DNA of 64,000 nucleotides from Psilocybe cubensis (Eukaryota): NCBI GenBank assembly GCA_017499595.2, contig CM039004.1, positions 310,001 to 374,000 of the forward strand, read 5' to 3'. Shown piece by piece: positions 50,881 to 64,000 of this stretch (position 1 is its first letter; each line of letters starts with the position of its first letter). The notes under the pieces were generated by a model. It saw only the letters and a program-made list of their open reading frames with translations, ran no database searches and was not told where the DNA came from. The position numbers and the translations under genes were made by a program.

Positions 50881-53228
50881 ATGTCAGAAGTTCTTACCCC
50901 TAGTGAACTTGAACTCGCAGAAGCAAAATCAAAGCGAATAAGCAACTGGGTATCTCAAACTCGACAACACTCCCCAGTCAACGCTTTCAGCCCACCCACG
51001 CCCCCACCAACCGTCATTGAATCCAAGCGAATTCGCTCACACACACATTCTCCCCACCACCGTCTACCCCTGGTGATTCTGGATCCAACTATCATGAGCA
51101 ACACTGTATATTCCAGACATACAATACCGTCTACTGACCCAAGGATGTCTGGGTACCATTCACCCCCCATGGCATATCCGTCATCGCCTAGCTATCCTCA
51201 TCAATCATCCACGATGCCAGGACCTATGATTCCACCTTCTGCTCCATTTAATCAACAGTCTTTGCAATCCCCAATCTATCCAGGGAACATGTTTTCTCAT
51301 CCAAGCGGCATGGTACCATCAGGAGGGTATGGCCAAACAGGGATATCCCCCGGTATGCAGCCTAACCATGAATTCGCGTCCTTGGGGCGCGACGAAACTG
51401 GTTCTATTATCGCAGAACCTGTGCCTCCAATGTCTGCTCCTGCTGGGACTGGCAGTGGTCCGCATACGCTTCCTGGGCAGATGCCAAACCCGAATGTTAT
51501 CGTCATGGACGACTCCCCGGGAAGTAGTGGGCGTCATCATCATCATCATCATCACCACCACCGTCATCATCGCCACCGCTCACCCTCGAGGGTAAGGGGA
51601 CGTACGCACACGCGTGAACGTTTGCGGACACCATCTGTCTCTAGGTCGCCATCCCCGATGCATACTCGCTCCCATTCATATTCGCCTCGCGTTCATTCAA
51701 CAACTCGCGCTATAAGCTCCAGTCGTTACATAGACCGAGATAAGGATGTGCCATTGGCCGACGATGAGCGGGCAATCCCGCCCGACTATGTTCCAGCGTC
51801 TCCAGGTCCCGACTCGCGCTCGCATGAATCTAGCAGTCTGCCAGCGCGGTCGAGGGCTCGACCTAATGGAAACACAGCCACGAATCCGACGAATTCAAGT
51901 CAAAATGCGCCGCCCGCGAATCCGCTTGCTAATACCAATCTCGGTGCAAATCCGTTGGTGCAAGCCGCCGAGGTAGCAGCTGCAAATTATGTGCAGGGTC
52001 ATGGTCATGGCCACAAACACAAGCACGGACTGAAGCATGAAATTGGACAGGCGGCGCTGGATGCGGTGGTGGGTGGAGTTTCTGGACAGGCTCATACAGG
52101 GGCAGGGAATGCAGCAGGAAGTTCTGTTGCCCCTCCCTTGATGCACGCCGCTGAGTCTGGCCTAGCAGGGTATGCGTCTCATGCAGGGGCTGGGAATGTA
52201 GGAAGTTCTAATGTCGCACCTTTGGTGCAAGCCGCTGAGTCCGCCCTAACTGGATACGCACACGGGCAAGGACAGTCGATGCAGACACAACTTCAGGGTG
52301 GATCTCATCAACGAGCACCGATTCTCAATTCCAGCAGTGGGCACCACCACCACCACCACCACCATGGACATGACCGCGACCACGACCGCGATCACCACCA
52401 CCACCACGGACACGGACACGGACATGGGCATCACCGCTCCTCCTCACATCCACACTCTCACTCTCATCATCATCACCGTCATCCAACCGTGTACAGTCGG
52501 GACTTTGCAACATACAGCCCTGCATCTCCCACTGGTGTTCCTGCTACGACGGTTGCGCCGGTTACCTCTTCGTCACGACCGGTGTTCTCTAGACATCGCT
52601 CGCGCTCGATTGACGATCGTGACTTGCAGCGGTCGATGGCCCGAACGCGGGCACGCTACGACGATGGTGCAGGAGCAGGAGGTACTGGTGGGTATGGAAT
52701 TGGTGTGTATGGTGGTACCCACGGAGGATACACTACAGGATCGGGCAATGCTGGGTATCCGATTGGAACGAGTGGTTCACAGGGTGTATATGGTGGTACA
52801 AATGGTAATGGTGTGGGGAACAATGGATCGTACCCTCAAACCATCTACCCATCGTCCACACAGCCGACTGTGGTCCCGGTGAATGATGGAAAAGGAGGGT
52901 GGGTCATCGTCCCTCCTCCAGGAAAAAATCTGCATATAGTTGTATGTCCAATTTTTGAGTTGTCGATTTATGAATGTATTTGACTGGTTCTCGACAGGAC
53001 TCGCATAATAGGACTTTGTATCACTCCGGTGGACACGGTGCGTCGACACAAGTGCATCCGAACAAGCTGCGCGCGAGGTCTTCCTCCCAGCCCAGAGCTG
53101 CTGCCGTGCCATCGCAGTCATTCTTCTCGAAATTCTTCGGGGTAGGGCGGAGGAACGGAGTCAGTCGCGAAAGAGGTAGAGCACGGATGGTGCAACCCCA
53201 GCCTGTACAGTATGTGCACACGCGCTGA
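50881..53228 (+). CDS. Large low-complexity His/Ser/Pro/Gly-rich protein (2 exons)
   Basis: ORF of about 690 codons with poly-His tracts, then intron ~52942-52997 and exon DSHNRT...SFFSKFFG...YVHTR*. Confidence 0.85.
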
Positions 53229-53746
53229 GAGTTGATTGTGCATGTTACGTAGAAAATCTCTGGTTCCCGTACAATCCGTTGCTCGTCTTATGGCTTTGTA
53301 AAAGTACTGTAGTTTTTCTGGAATGCTGTTGATTATGTGGCATATTAGTTTGACCTTTGGATACTTTGTAATCGAACGAGAACAAAATTGGCTTTCTGGG
53401 AACACGCCATCATGTGCTTTGCCCTCTGTATCTGAAGAACTGGTAGCAAATCCATGTTGCACAAAGTTGCTCCCATCATGAATAAAACTGAATTCGACAC
53501 ACAATCATCAAAGCTGTGAAAACCCTCGACGTAATGCGCACGGACCTTGTACGCGTCTAGGGGCGACGCGATAAGGTCACGGGCAATCCCGATTTATCCA
53601 AAAACCTCCGCGGAGCCCCTGGGACCCATATCTGATCAAAATCATTATCAAAAATATACCCAACTCGAAATCCGAAAGGTCCGCTCTGAAAACTTGAAGG
53701 TGATCCGAGTAATCCTCCTCTCTTTCCTACCACCACCACCACCACT

Positions 53747-55958
53747 ATGGCACCCACTATCAAGAACAAAGTCTGTCTGATGTGCGTTCTTTTGACACAC
53801 CCACGCGCTGTCGGGTGGACTAGACTCAGATTCTGACTATCGTCTTGTTTTTTTTGCTATTAGCGTCCACGACGGATGGGGCATTGCTCTAGAGAAGGGG
53901 ATCAAGGGTAACGCTATTGAGGCGGCTGATACCCCCGTCATGGACAGGATCACCAAGGAGGACGCAGCGACGACGCTCCTCGCCAGCGGCACCGCTGTAG
54001 GTCTCAGTGAAGGTCTCATGGGCAACTCTGAAGTCGGGTAGGCTCCACTCGGTGTCATAGCTCGCATAAATAAATATCTAACCGCCGTACCTTTCCGAAT
54101 ACCACGATGCATAATACAGACACCTGAACATCGGTGCTGGACGCATTGTGTGGCAGGACATCGTGCGCATCGATGTTTCTATCAAGAAGAGGCAGTTCCA
54201 CAAGAACGAAGCGATCCTCGCGAGTTGCAAGCGCGCCAAAGAGGGCAATGGAAGACTACACCTCATTGGTCTGGTACGTCCCTCACCAATTCACCCGCTA
54301 TTGTTTTCTCATTACTCATCGTCCGAAGGTCTCCGATGGCGGTGTGCACTCGCACATTAACCACCTCTTCGCTCTGCTCGAAACCGCCAAAGAGCAAGGC
54401 GTTCCACATACCTACATCCACTTCCTCGGAGATGGACGGGACACTGCTCCACGCTCCTCCGAAAAGTATGCTCAGGAATTGATCGACTTTACCAAAAAGC
54501 TGGGGTACGGTGAGATTGCGACCGTCGTTGGACGGTATTACGCTATGGACCGCGATAAGCGATGGGATCGCGTGAAAATTGCTGTTGATGGACTCGTCCA
54601 GGGAGAGGGTGAGAAGGTAGAGGGTGGCCAAGATGGTCTGGTTGAGGCTATTCGCGCAAATTATGCAAAGGATGTAACAGACGAATTCTTGAAGCCCATC
54701 ATCGTCAATGGCGATGAGGGTAGACTTAAAGGTGCGTAACATTACTCAAAAATCCCTTCGTCCAATTAATAATCTCTAATGATAATCTCTTCGAAAACAG
54801 ACAACGATACCATCTTCTTCTTCAATTATCGTTCTGATCGTATGCGCGAGATTGTCTCTGTTCTGGGTCTTCCCGACAAGCCCATGGAGGTGACGGTTCC
54901 CAAAGACCTTGTAAGCAGATCATCTTGATCGTACTTCTTTATCTTCATTGGCTTAACTCCACGACAGGGTATCACCACCATGTCCCGCTACAATGCGGAG
55001 TTCCCTTTCCCCGTGGCCTTCCCTCCCCAAGCCATGACCAACGTGCTCGCCGAGTGGCTGAGCAAACAAGGTGTCAAACAGGCACACATTGCCGGTACGC
55101 ATTTCTTGTCCTATAACCCTTCTTCCATTCTTATTCTGTTAACCTCTCTCTATGGATCTAAACAGAAACTGAAAAATACGCGCACGTCACCTTCTTCTTC
55201 AACGGAGGCGTTGAGAAGCAGTTCCCACAGGAGACGAGGCACATGATCGCCTCTCCTAAGGTTGCGACCTACGACAAGCAACCTGAGATGAGCGCACAAG
55301 GTGTCGCTGATAAGGTCGCTGAGGTGCTCAAGGAAGGCACAGAGGACTTTGTCATGTGCAACTTCGCCCCTCCGGATATGGTACGTCATTAATCTTCCTC
55401 GTGTCAAAAATAGATCATATATTTTGATCTATTAATATCCCACCCCATGATGAGCTTTGTTGGCTGATTTTCTTGTCTCTTGCGTGTGTTATAGGTCGGC
55501 CACACGGGTGTATACGATGCTGCGGTGAAGGCTGTTACCGCGACGGATAAAGCAGTCGGCACTATTGCTGATGCGGCCAAGGAGCACGGCTACGTCCTGC
55601 TGATCACCGCCGACCACGGGAACGCGGAGCAGATGCTCGATCCGCACACTGGCAACCCGCATACCGCACACACAACGAACCCAGTTCCATTCCTCATGGT
55701 CGGAGAGGGACTCAAATTCAAGGAGTGGAAGCAGGTTAAGGAGGAGAAGAAGGAGGATAAGAAGGAGAAGGGTGAGAAGGATGACGATGAAGCAGAGGAT
55801 GAGCCTGCCATTTGCGATGTTGCGCCGACGGTGCTTGATATTATGGTGCGTTTTCGTTTTATCTCTCGGTTTAATATGCTGTTGACACAGTATGTGGTGG
55901 TTTTTAGGGACTGCCTATTCCTGAGGATATGACTGGACGATCGCTGCTTGCGCATTGA
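53747..55958 (+). CDS. gpmI: 2,3-bisphosphoglycerate-independent phosphoglycerate mutase
   Basis: [119 protein letters not shown]. Confidence 0.98.
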
Positions 55959-56787
55959 TTAGTCAACTTCGAACACCTAGACTGAAAATACACAACAGAA
56001 AAATCATTTGTAGATTAGCTTATTCACACACAATGATACATTTAGAACGAACAAATGTGTATGTTATTAGCAAGCTGGTGACTGGCTAAGTGCGGAGGCG
56101 CTGAAGCTTGACTGTCATCCCAAAAAATTAAATGTGAGGCCTACAAATCGAGTTGTCGGTGTTTCCGGCGGTGAGAGCGTGTTTGTACTTTATATGAAGT
56201 GTCTCCAGCTTTCTTGATTCTTGAATGAGATTTTTTTCCAAGGGCGTCTATCTGCGAAGGCACCAAAAGCAATTCATGCATGACACACCAATTAGGTAAA
56301 CTATTTTCTCTGGATTCAGAGTCTGGCCGCCGGTGTAGAACATGGGCCAAATAGAACAGAAGTGACCAGCTTGGAACATGCGCGTTTCTCAACGGACATT
56401 TACCCCAGGTACACCTCTTGTCAACGCTGAATTGAACGCCATTCAAGTCACAATAAAATTCGCAGGTAGGGTTCTGGACATTGATTATCTCATTTCTACA
56501 GCTTTTGCCACCAAGCAGCCATCCTCAGAACCTCAGGGTAGGCTGTAACCCGTTTTCGCGACAGATTTCAGCTTTTATTGTGTATGTAGTCGGAAGACAA
56601 AGAGGTTTGCACTACTACTAGATACATTGACAATCATGGAGACCATCCTACTGTTTGATGTTTTCTGTGAATGTGCTCGAATTTGCAAGAAAATTCATGT
56701 TTGTTTGATCGTTTCATGAAGTAGAGTCTGTTCCTGACCTTTATAGAGCAGTTCTTGCTGAAGAAATCAACAAAATAATTAAAAAGA

Positions 56788-56880
56788 GGGCCTCATCGGG
56801 AATTGAACCCGAGACCTCTTCCAGGTGAGAGTCTGAATTGACAACCCAAAGGAAGAATCATGCTACTAGACCATAAGGCC
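56788..56880 (-). tRNA. tRNA-Pro (TGG) with ~21-nt intron
   Basis: Reverse complement GGCCTTATGGTCTAGTAGCATGATT-CTTCC-TTTGGG[intron]T-GGAAG-AGGTCTCGGGTTCAATTCCCGATGAGGCCC, followed by a T-run. Confidence 0.93.
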
Positions 56881-58214
56881 GTTGTGTCTGGGTTCGGCTC
56901 AGAACACATTCTCCGCCAGAGATCGAAACCTCCCGAAGGCCGAAGTTTGAGAAAGCTTAAGAAAAACCAAATGATATAAGGATTGAACGTTGAGCATGGT
57001 TGAACTCTGTTGAGCTGCTCCTATCATATTTTTCTCGGCATTCATGCAATTGACCGCATGACCGGGAGATGTTTCCGAAAGAGGCAAGCCACATTCTCAA
57101 AGGAGACCTTGAAATTCTCTTGGAGGTCATACCCTCGTAATGGTAACTGTACCGTTGCCAGTACATACAGCACACATACGGAGCTGTCATATCAATCTAT
57201 GTTCTAATTACACCTACTGTGACGTTGTATGTAAATCCGGTGTGAATGGATGAAGTTCCTAGTAAATTAAACTATGGTTAACCAATGAAATGATGTCTTT
57301 GCAATATCATTATTACCGGCTTTAAATATATGTAGTGTGGGTTGTAATAGCTGTATATGACAGACGCATACACAACAAAAGTAAAAATAGCGAGGTTTCA
57401 GGCGACTTAACAGATTGGCCAATCGTACAGTGACTTATTAAATGAGAGGGGTCTCGTAATGGATAGATTTGGCTCAGACAACCGAACCGGGTTACCATAT
57501 ATTTTCAAAGCCTGGTAGTTTGGACACACAAAGAAGGTTCTTTAGGGAACGTGTTACATCTAAGCAGGGTGTAGATTACAGTCATTTGTCAAAGTTAATG
57601 ACAGTGATTGCATCCACAATATTGCATGTGTATGTGTTCTACATTTTCATACGTGTATTTGATAACGATATAAAGACATCGCCGTGTAGGCATATACCAG
57701 GGTGGTTGTCCGATGTTTTAGAATTAAGATGCTACCCCAGAGTAGCTTTATTATCACAATTTACACACATCGGTACCCTAGTCACAATGCTTTAAATAGT
57801 TGCACAAGATCTATACCAGCGGCGATATGAAAGATTGGTCCAAAGCTTGAAGTACCGTAACGTAGGGAATCTATGTAGTCACTGGTACACAGTAGCTGTA
57901 GGTTTAAGCTACGTGGGTTGAATGTAAATCTGGCCTCTTAAAAGGGAAAACCGGCACACAGCGGCGAGATCACTGAGACCATGAGGCACTTCGAATAAGG
58001 AAAGTAGGAATAGCAACTGTGGTAAGTTACCGCAGTGGGTGGCATCGTGTATTCGGCTTTAAGAGGCCGAATACTCATGTAAGCTCAGAAATATGCCACG
58101 TCCCGAGATGGGCCCACATAGCAGTCCTTCATAAAGGACTATCCGACTAGTGGTGTAAATGTATCATAGAAACGACTCCTTGTCGTGCACTGGGAAATCC
58201 AGAGGATATTGCTG

Positions 58215-58856
58215 ATGTCCATGAGGTTGGTTTATTTATTGGATCTCTTTGAGAATTTCATCTCATTGCACCCCCATTGTAGGAATAGTGGATTTCAAAA
58301 GTCCAGAGGGTGCAGCCGATGTCGCGAATGCACTCCGTCGTCTTCTGGAGACCGCATCGACAACGTATTGTATACGCAAAGCAGAGAGCTCCGACAGCCA
58401 TATTCACAAAACCGAATCGCACATCCGTATTTGAGCGGCGTATCATTTACAGCAAGGAGAACGACTTTCACAACCGAACATGCGAGTACAAGCACTTCTG
58501 TACGTCGAAACAGTGGGCCTAAGACTCTTGGATCGAAACAACACCCAAGAAACCAGCCGCAGAGAAAAAGAAAGCTAAAGAGAGAGTGCTGCAATCAAAA
58601 TGCAAGGGCAAGGGAGGGGCTTCTTTTATACGACGACGAAGCTGAAGAAGTCTTTCTCGATATTGTGGATGATAATATAGGGTTACCCAGGTTTCCAGGT
58701 CGAGACCACAGCGGTTCTGAAGAGCCTTATATGCCGCGATTATGCCCAATTAGTTACGCTCGATGTTTAGCATGGCTGCGAGATGTGCCGCGGTATACAG
58801 AAACCATGGAGAGTGTGCACGAGTTAGGAGAACGATGGAACAACAATCCGAAATAG
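58215..58856 (+). CDS. Hypothetical protein
   Basis: 223-codon ORF with a plausible intron near the 5' end, a basic patch (RKRKLKR) and ISYARCLAWLRDVP. No family recognised. Confidence 0.35.
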   Translation: MSMRLVYLLDLFENFISLHPHCRNSGFQKSRGCSRCRECTPSSSGDRIDNVLYTQSRELRQPYSQNRIAHPYLSGVSFTARRTTFTTEHASTSTSVRRNSGPKTLGSKQHPRNQPQRKRKLKRECCNQNARAREGLLLYDDEAEEVFLDIVDDNIGLPRFPGRDHSGSEEPYMPRLCPISYARCLAWLRDVPRYTETMESVHELGERWNNNPK

Positions 58857-60603
58857 CTAGCATCAATCAACATGAACCCGGGTGGTTATTTATGTTCAAT
58901 CTCCAGTTGAGGTTTTGTATCGTAAAGCGACATTTCTGCGAATGTGCCAATCGTTGAATTCGGATTTGGTGGTGGTAGGACTTCGAAGAGGTCAAATCCA
59001 CTCACTCCAGTCACCAATGGACCTCCTACCACTTGGAATATGCCAAGCGTGCTTACCGTGTTCCCATTGCGGAATACCCGATGCGTACGGCCTCGCGGTT
59101 TAAATTAGCTGTAGGTGCTCATCTTCGCTCATGCATTCAATAATTGCCCAACAATTTGGCGTCTTGTAACGATAAAGTCGTCTTACAGACCAAATAACGA
59201 TGCAACTAAAATACCATTCCGGTAGTTAAGAATCATGTTATATGTTGAATATAATTGGAATTTGCTGTAGTTTTGTCATACATTCATCACTAACATTTAT
59301 GACCCTTGAATGCTCATGAATATTTAGGAGTGCTCTATGTGCTTTCATGCATTCTCATACCTTTCCGAATAAAAAGACCCCCCGCACACAATTACCTCAA
59401 AGTAATCTTTAGCAAAGGTAGCATAGCGTTTCATGTTTTATTAACAGCTTGACGTTGTCGGCATGGGGGATACCGGTCCTACTAGATTTATCTTGCCATT
59501 TTCACATCCAAGGTTGTAGTGTCGAGTATAGCTGAGCTCAATGTACTTATTTTGTAGAGGCTCAAAGAAAGCGGTGGGAAGTATCAACCGTGAGCGCGAT
59601 GTATATGATGGTAGTATGGGTGTTGACCAAGTCGGGCCGGTTTGTGGGAGCGTTTACAGCTAGAAATACGTAGAACGCCCAAAGATGCTAAAGTAGGGCA
59701 ATGTTTATGGCCACTTTTATCTACGGTGTACCCATGCTCCTCTCAGCAGACTTCAAAGTATATTTTTGGGACGCCTGGCACTGAGAATATGTTTAAATAT
59801 ATTCTAAGAGTATATTTCCACAGAGTGGAACTGCTTATCTACATTATAAATTGGCTCGAGTCCCCAGGCCCATTCGCAGCAGATTTTAGGCATATTTTGG
59901 ACATTTGGTTTATGGATATACGTCCAAAATTTGTCCAGAAAAAACCGCACAAGCATATCTCAGACTGTACAAAAAATAACTTTTGGCATCTCTTCTGCGC
60001 AATTGGAACCGAATCAATGGTGAAACGGTTAAAAACAATTTTATAGTATGACGACATTTTATTCCATTTGAAACTCAATTGTAACTACGCAATATGGTCT
60101 AATTTGGTCTTCAGGGGGCTCTGCAATATCACAGCTTCTTTCTACGTACATGATATCTTCCGCGAAGACCGATGGATCTGAACAGAACAATCAATGCCTC
60201 ACCTTTACCCTAGGGCCTACGACCTCTCAATATTCTGCTAAATATTCGGTTAGCCAAAATACCCGCGTACGAAGTATTTTTTAAACACAGAATATTATAT
60301 TCTGATACGACAAATCAAAGGTTCAGCTTGGCTGCACTCCATTTGTCCCAAGACAAATATTTTTCTATTAAAAGGGTACACCATCAAGCGACCCCTCGCA
60401 TGTGATGCTAGCCACAGAATTGATTGGACTATCCCTCTGGCCCCATGGAATATCAAGGTCTGCACAAACCGCCATCTGCCGAATCTCCGTCGGTTGCATT
60501 TCCTGGAGTCGCACTAGGGAGATACTCAGAGGACGGTCTCGTCGGCCAGCTTGGGTCATCCATCTTCATCATCCCCAGCCCACACTGAATTCCACTCTTC
60601 GGG

Positions 60604-61847
60604 ATGCCTCAGAGAGTTTCAATTGACGATTCGGACGAACAGCATGTTTCCTACAAAGGTGTTTGGGAGATGGTTTTGGGTTCCTCAAGGCAGTGGGAGA
60701 TGACGATACATTCAACACTAACTCCTGGATCTACGGCGACCTTTAACTTTAAAGGTGAGTTTTAGTTTTTTTCGAGGTGAGGAAAGTGCATAAATACTAT
60801 TTCTTTACCGAAGGTTATCAAGTCTGGGTCTGGGGAACCATTCCACCCGGTGTCGGCAGCAACTTAATTGAAGTTTCTATCGACGGAGGAGCCGCGACCA
60901 CCGTCAGTCGAACCTCGAATGGCTCAGCAGTGTACAACGAGGTGTACTTCAGCTCCGACCTTCTCAGAAACGGTTATCATCAGATTGTGGTGACAGGCCT
61001 GGGGTCAGCAGACAAAGGAAACAGTGAATTCCAACTGGACAGATTCGAGTTTCAAACGGACGACGAAATACCATCCTTCACTACTTCAGGCATTAGCACA
61101 TCTACCTCTTCTTCTGGGACCTCTGGACCAACATCCGATTCCTCGTCTTCAGGCACCACGGATATAGCTTCATCACCAAAAAAATCGACTCCTGCGGGCG
61201 CGATTGCTGGTGCGGTTGTCGGAGCCTTGGCTTTGATTGCTCTTGTGCTAGGTTTCCTTTTGTGGCGGCGGCGGCGACGAAGCAATGGGGATGGGCCAGT
61301 GACTAAGAGAAATGGTAAGTTTGTATTCACCAATTTCGTTGTAGCTAACCCTGATGTCTCCAAAGATAATGCTCGTAATCCTTTCGCACCGGACCCGTTT
61401 CCACTTGAGAACAAACCTCCCAGCCATATTGTCCCAAACGCTGCTCTATCGGTTGCTGTCAGCACGGGCAGTCATGGATCTGCCCAGACTCAGGAACACA
61501 TATCGGAGAAGTCTACTACATACCAGAGCTCTCATCCCGAATCTAGTTTGTATTCCCCCATGTCGACCGCTGGTTCCTCTCAGGCCCTTGTCCCAGTCAG
61601 AATGAATTCATCTTCGACTCTTGCAACACCCAGCTCAAACAACGTCTCACGGAGTCCATTGTCTCCCAATGATGGGTCTGCAATACATTCCTCCCCCACC
61701 GCGCGCAGCCCCGAATCTTTCGTTCCTCTTCAAACAATGACAGAACTACCAACACCTGCCAATGATAATTTTGAGCACCCCCCTCCTTCCTACACCCACC
61801 ACGACGAAGGGGTAAGCGGAACCGGAAGCGTGCTATCATACAAATGA
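60604..61847 (+). CDS. Single-pass membrane protein: N-terminal beta-sandwich, S/T linker, TM helix, disordered tail with PPPSY
   Basis: MPQRVSIDDSD..YKGVW..GSTATFNFKG|YQVWVWGTI..VSIDGG..HQIVVT..QLDRF, then GAIAGAVVGALALIALVLGFLLW-RRRRR. No cleavable signal peptide evident. Confidence 0.88.
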
Positions 61848-62907
61848 CTAGATAAACACTTCCTTTAGTGTTTAAGGTGTAGTTTACGACTTTCTCTTCC
61901 CTCAATTTAAGCTTGTTTTGATTAGTGTATCGGGAAGCCATACCCCGGAATGATAAGCGCTGTTCCGTATATGAAAGCCATTTTTAGACCACTGACATCC
62001 TGGGGTTCCTTGCAAGCCGTCCTGCATCTCTTCTCACTGTTGTCAGAGTTGTTGACACAATCAGTCAATGTGTATACAGTAAAATGAGCGGGGATATATC
62101 CGAGACCCCATTCCAAGTGGCAATTAACCTGCCAAAAAAGTCGGCTTTATGGTAAACCGTGGAAAAAGTGAGGCGAAAACTGTGATTCAATCAAAGAAGG
62201 AATAAATGGATTACAACGTCCAACAGGTGGTCAACATATTTTTAAATTATACAGCAAGGCCCGCAACAAAACAATGCTGCCCAGCAACCCAATAAACTTG
62301 ACGATTCGCGTCGGTTAAAGACTCGTTCAGCAGCAAAGGACACTGGGTAACTTACCAGGCACAACATGATTCGCATGCGCCCTTGTCTTCCTTAACGGGT
62401 CGCTCCTGGACCACTATCATAGGTTGTTGATTGGGACCATAATATGCTGGTGTGTTTGGATAATACGGTTGTTGAGCTTGCGCCTCGGGATATGGGGCGT
62501 TTACTGCAGATGATGAACATCAAGTGGTGTGCTGAGGCATGCGGACCACCTACCATATCCTGGGTAAACTGCATCTGGCCGATCAACTGGCACGTTGTCG
62601 GTGTGTTTGCCCATCGTAACTGTAAGAAATCTAATGGAATGTAAATTACGGATTGATACGAGGTTGACAGGAATCCATCCTCACCGGGAATTAAGCTTCA
62701 AGTACGTGGTATACGGAAGGAATGGTGAAACGGGTGTCATAAAACTGTTTCAGGTTTCAAGGTTAAATAGAGTGACGCTCCAGCGCATGACTATGAAGTG
62801 AACACAATTGTTTCACAAAAAAACGCGGGTGATGGGATAAGCAGTGGACGACAAAAGAATGTATATCTGAGGTATAAAAAGCAATGAAAGAGGATTTGAA
62901 CAGAATT

Positions 62908-63845
62908 TCAGTTGACTATGATTGTGCCTTTTTTCCTGCCAAATCCCCAGGTTGATGGAGATAGGATTCGATCGATGAACGAAAGATGTTTATACGGCCT
63001 GGAGGGATCCTATTCGACAAAAAATGATATGAATCAGTGTGAACGGTGAATATGAAAACACATTTACGCACAATGACTCGCATAGTTTGCCCGGCTGGGG
63101 GAACTACAACGTAACCCCCTTTGCCACCGCTTATTGGAACAACTATTGGAAGGTTTTGTGAAGGCTGAACCACTGTGGGCCCGTGGTGTGACGGATGGAT
63201 TGTCGCATACTGCTGTCCTGAATCATAGTAACGATTGGAATTCCTCGAGGAAAAGGTATCGGTTGAGTGTGATCGACTTGAGTATGACCCATCGGATCCG
63301 TCTCTGTCGTACGAATAAGAACGAGAACGACGTCGTCTGCGACGCGAGTAATTGTCCGCACTTGTTGGGACTTGGATAGGTGGACCTGTGTACGTGTTGG
63401 TCGGTCCGATAGAGTATGCTTCCGGAATTGCCGGGTTGTATGGTTGCGAGAGTGTTCTACCATTCTGGTATGAAGGGTGCCTCGAGGGGATGCCCTCGTA
63501 ATGCTCCTCTAGTGGTGGTATATCATTGGGATCCATATAACGGCCATTTATCGAAGCTTGTTGCTGTGATGGAAAATGGTTGGAGTATGGACCTGAATGG
63601 TGTGAGATCTGTCTAGTACCATGGTGGTTGTCGTAGAGCTGAGGAAGTTGTCGTCGGCCGCGTCGATAGTCGGAAGACGTTTGTCCAAAAGCATTGTGGA
63701 CACGACCCCTTCCGTATTCTGGATTCACGATATTAAGTTGATCTGAGGATAAATTATGGGAGCTTGCGCCACCCCAGCTGGGGGCGCGGCTGTGGTTCGA
63801 CCTGTAGCTCCCAATAGCTGGCGGAGCGAATCCGTATTCTGTCAT
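62908..63845 (-). CDS. Low-complexity S/R/Y/P-rich protein (2 exons)
   Basis: MTEYGFAPP...PIVVPISGGKGGYVVVPPAGQTMRVI, an intron, then DPSRPYKHLSFIDRILSPSTWGFGRKKGTIIVN*. Confidence 0.82.
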
Positions 63846-64000
63846 GAGGAAGAGCAAAAGTTAAGATGTAGTAAACTATGAATCCTTCGTTCCTATAGAA
63901 CTTGAGAAACGCTACCTTGTGTTATAGGCATGTGAACCATGACATGTCCAATACGCAGGCCTCGAGGACTCCTCGAGTTGGCTCTGCGACAATAGCATCA

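Noticed and set aside
52298-52882. Alternative-frame Thr-rich and antisense Val/Met-rich ORFs
   Set aside because: Frame shadows of the CAC/CAT His tracts.
50881-53228. RiPP precursor (KEP/dikaritin, MSDIN, borosin)
   Set aside because: No signal peptide with KR-delimited repeats, no MSDIN leader, no methyltransferase domain, and no tailoring enzymes nearby.
53747-55958. Cofactor-independent PGM as a bacterial transfer
   Set aside because: The gene is intron-rich and iPGM is a normal enzyme in many fungi.
58049-58074. 9-bp hairpin GTATTCGGC..GCCGAATAC as a Helitron end or terminator
   Set aside because: No CTRR terminus at the expected distance; short enough to be chance.
59642-60046. 134-aa ORF in AT-rich intergenic DNA
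   Set aside because: Non-ATG start, no motifs or splice support; possibly decayed repeat sequence.
63961-63977. Palindrome CTCGAGGA-C-TCCTCGAG
   Set aside because: Only 8-bp arms and at the window edge; no context to support a function.

Overview
Intron-rich eukaryotic DNA (short 50-80 nt GT-AG introns, micro-exons, TATA boxes) with gene content typical of an agaricomycete (mushroom-forming basidiomycete). 1-15 kb: a laccase followed by a cluster of small leaderless, defence-type proteins: three paralogous ~105-aa beta-rich proteins that I read as Rhodococcus Vap-like barrels, two clitocypin-like protease inhibitors and a jacalin lectin, plus decayed sequence. 16.5-18.3 kb: a GH43-CBM6-CBM1 hemicellulase whose catalytic part is intronless. 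16.8-36.8 kb: a four-unit tandem amplification that begins inside the GH43 gene. The extra units have lost GH43 but amplified an orphan 8-exon gene (two copies intact). The last unit carries a ~1 kb AT-rich TIR element holding two outward-facing tRNA-like cassettes. 37-64 kb is more ordinary: a membrane-anchored protein resembling DIRS/Ngaro Gag, a type-B carboxylesterase, tRNA-Ile, a Zn2Cys6 transcription factor, an atypical hydrophobin missed by the ORF track, two low-complexity proteins sharing a motif, cofactor-independent phosphoglycerate mutase, an intron-containing tRNA-Pro and a single-pass membrane protein. All spliced models were assembled by eye and family calls come from remembered motifs, not searches.
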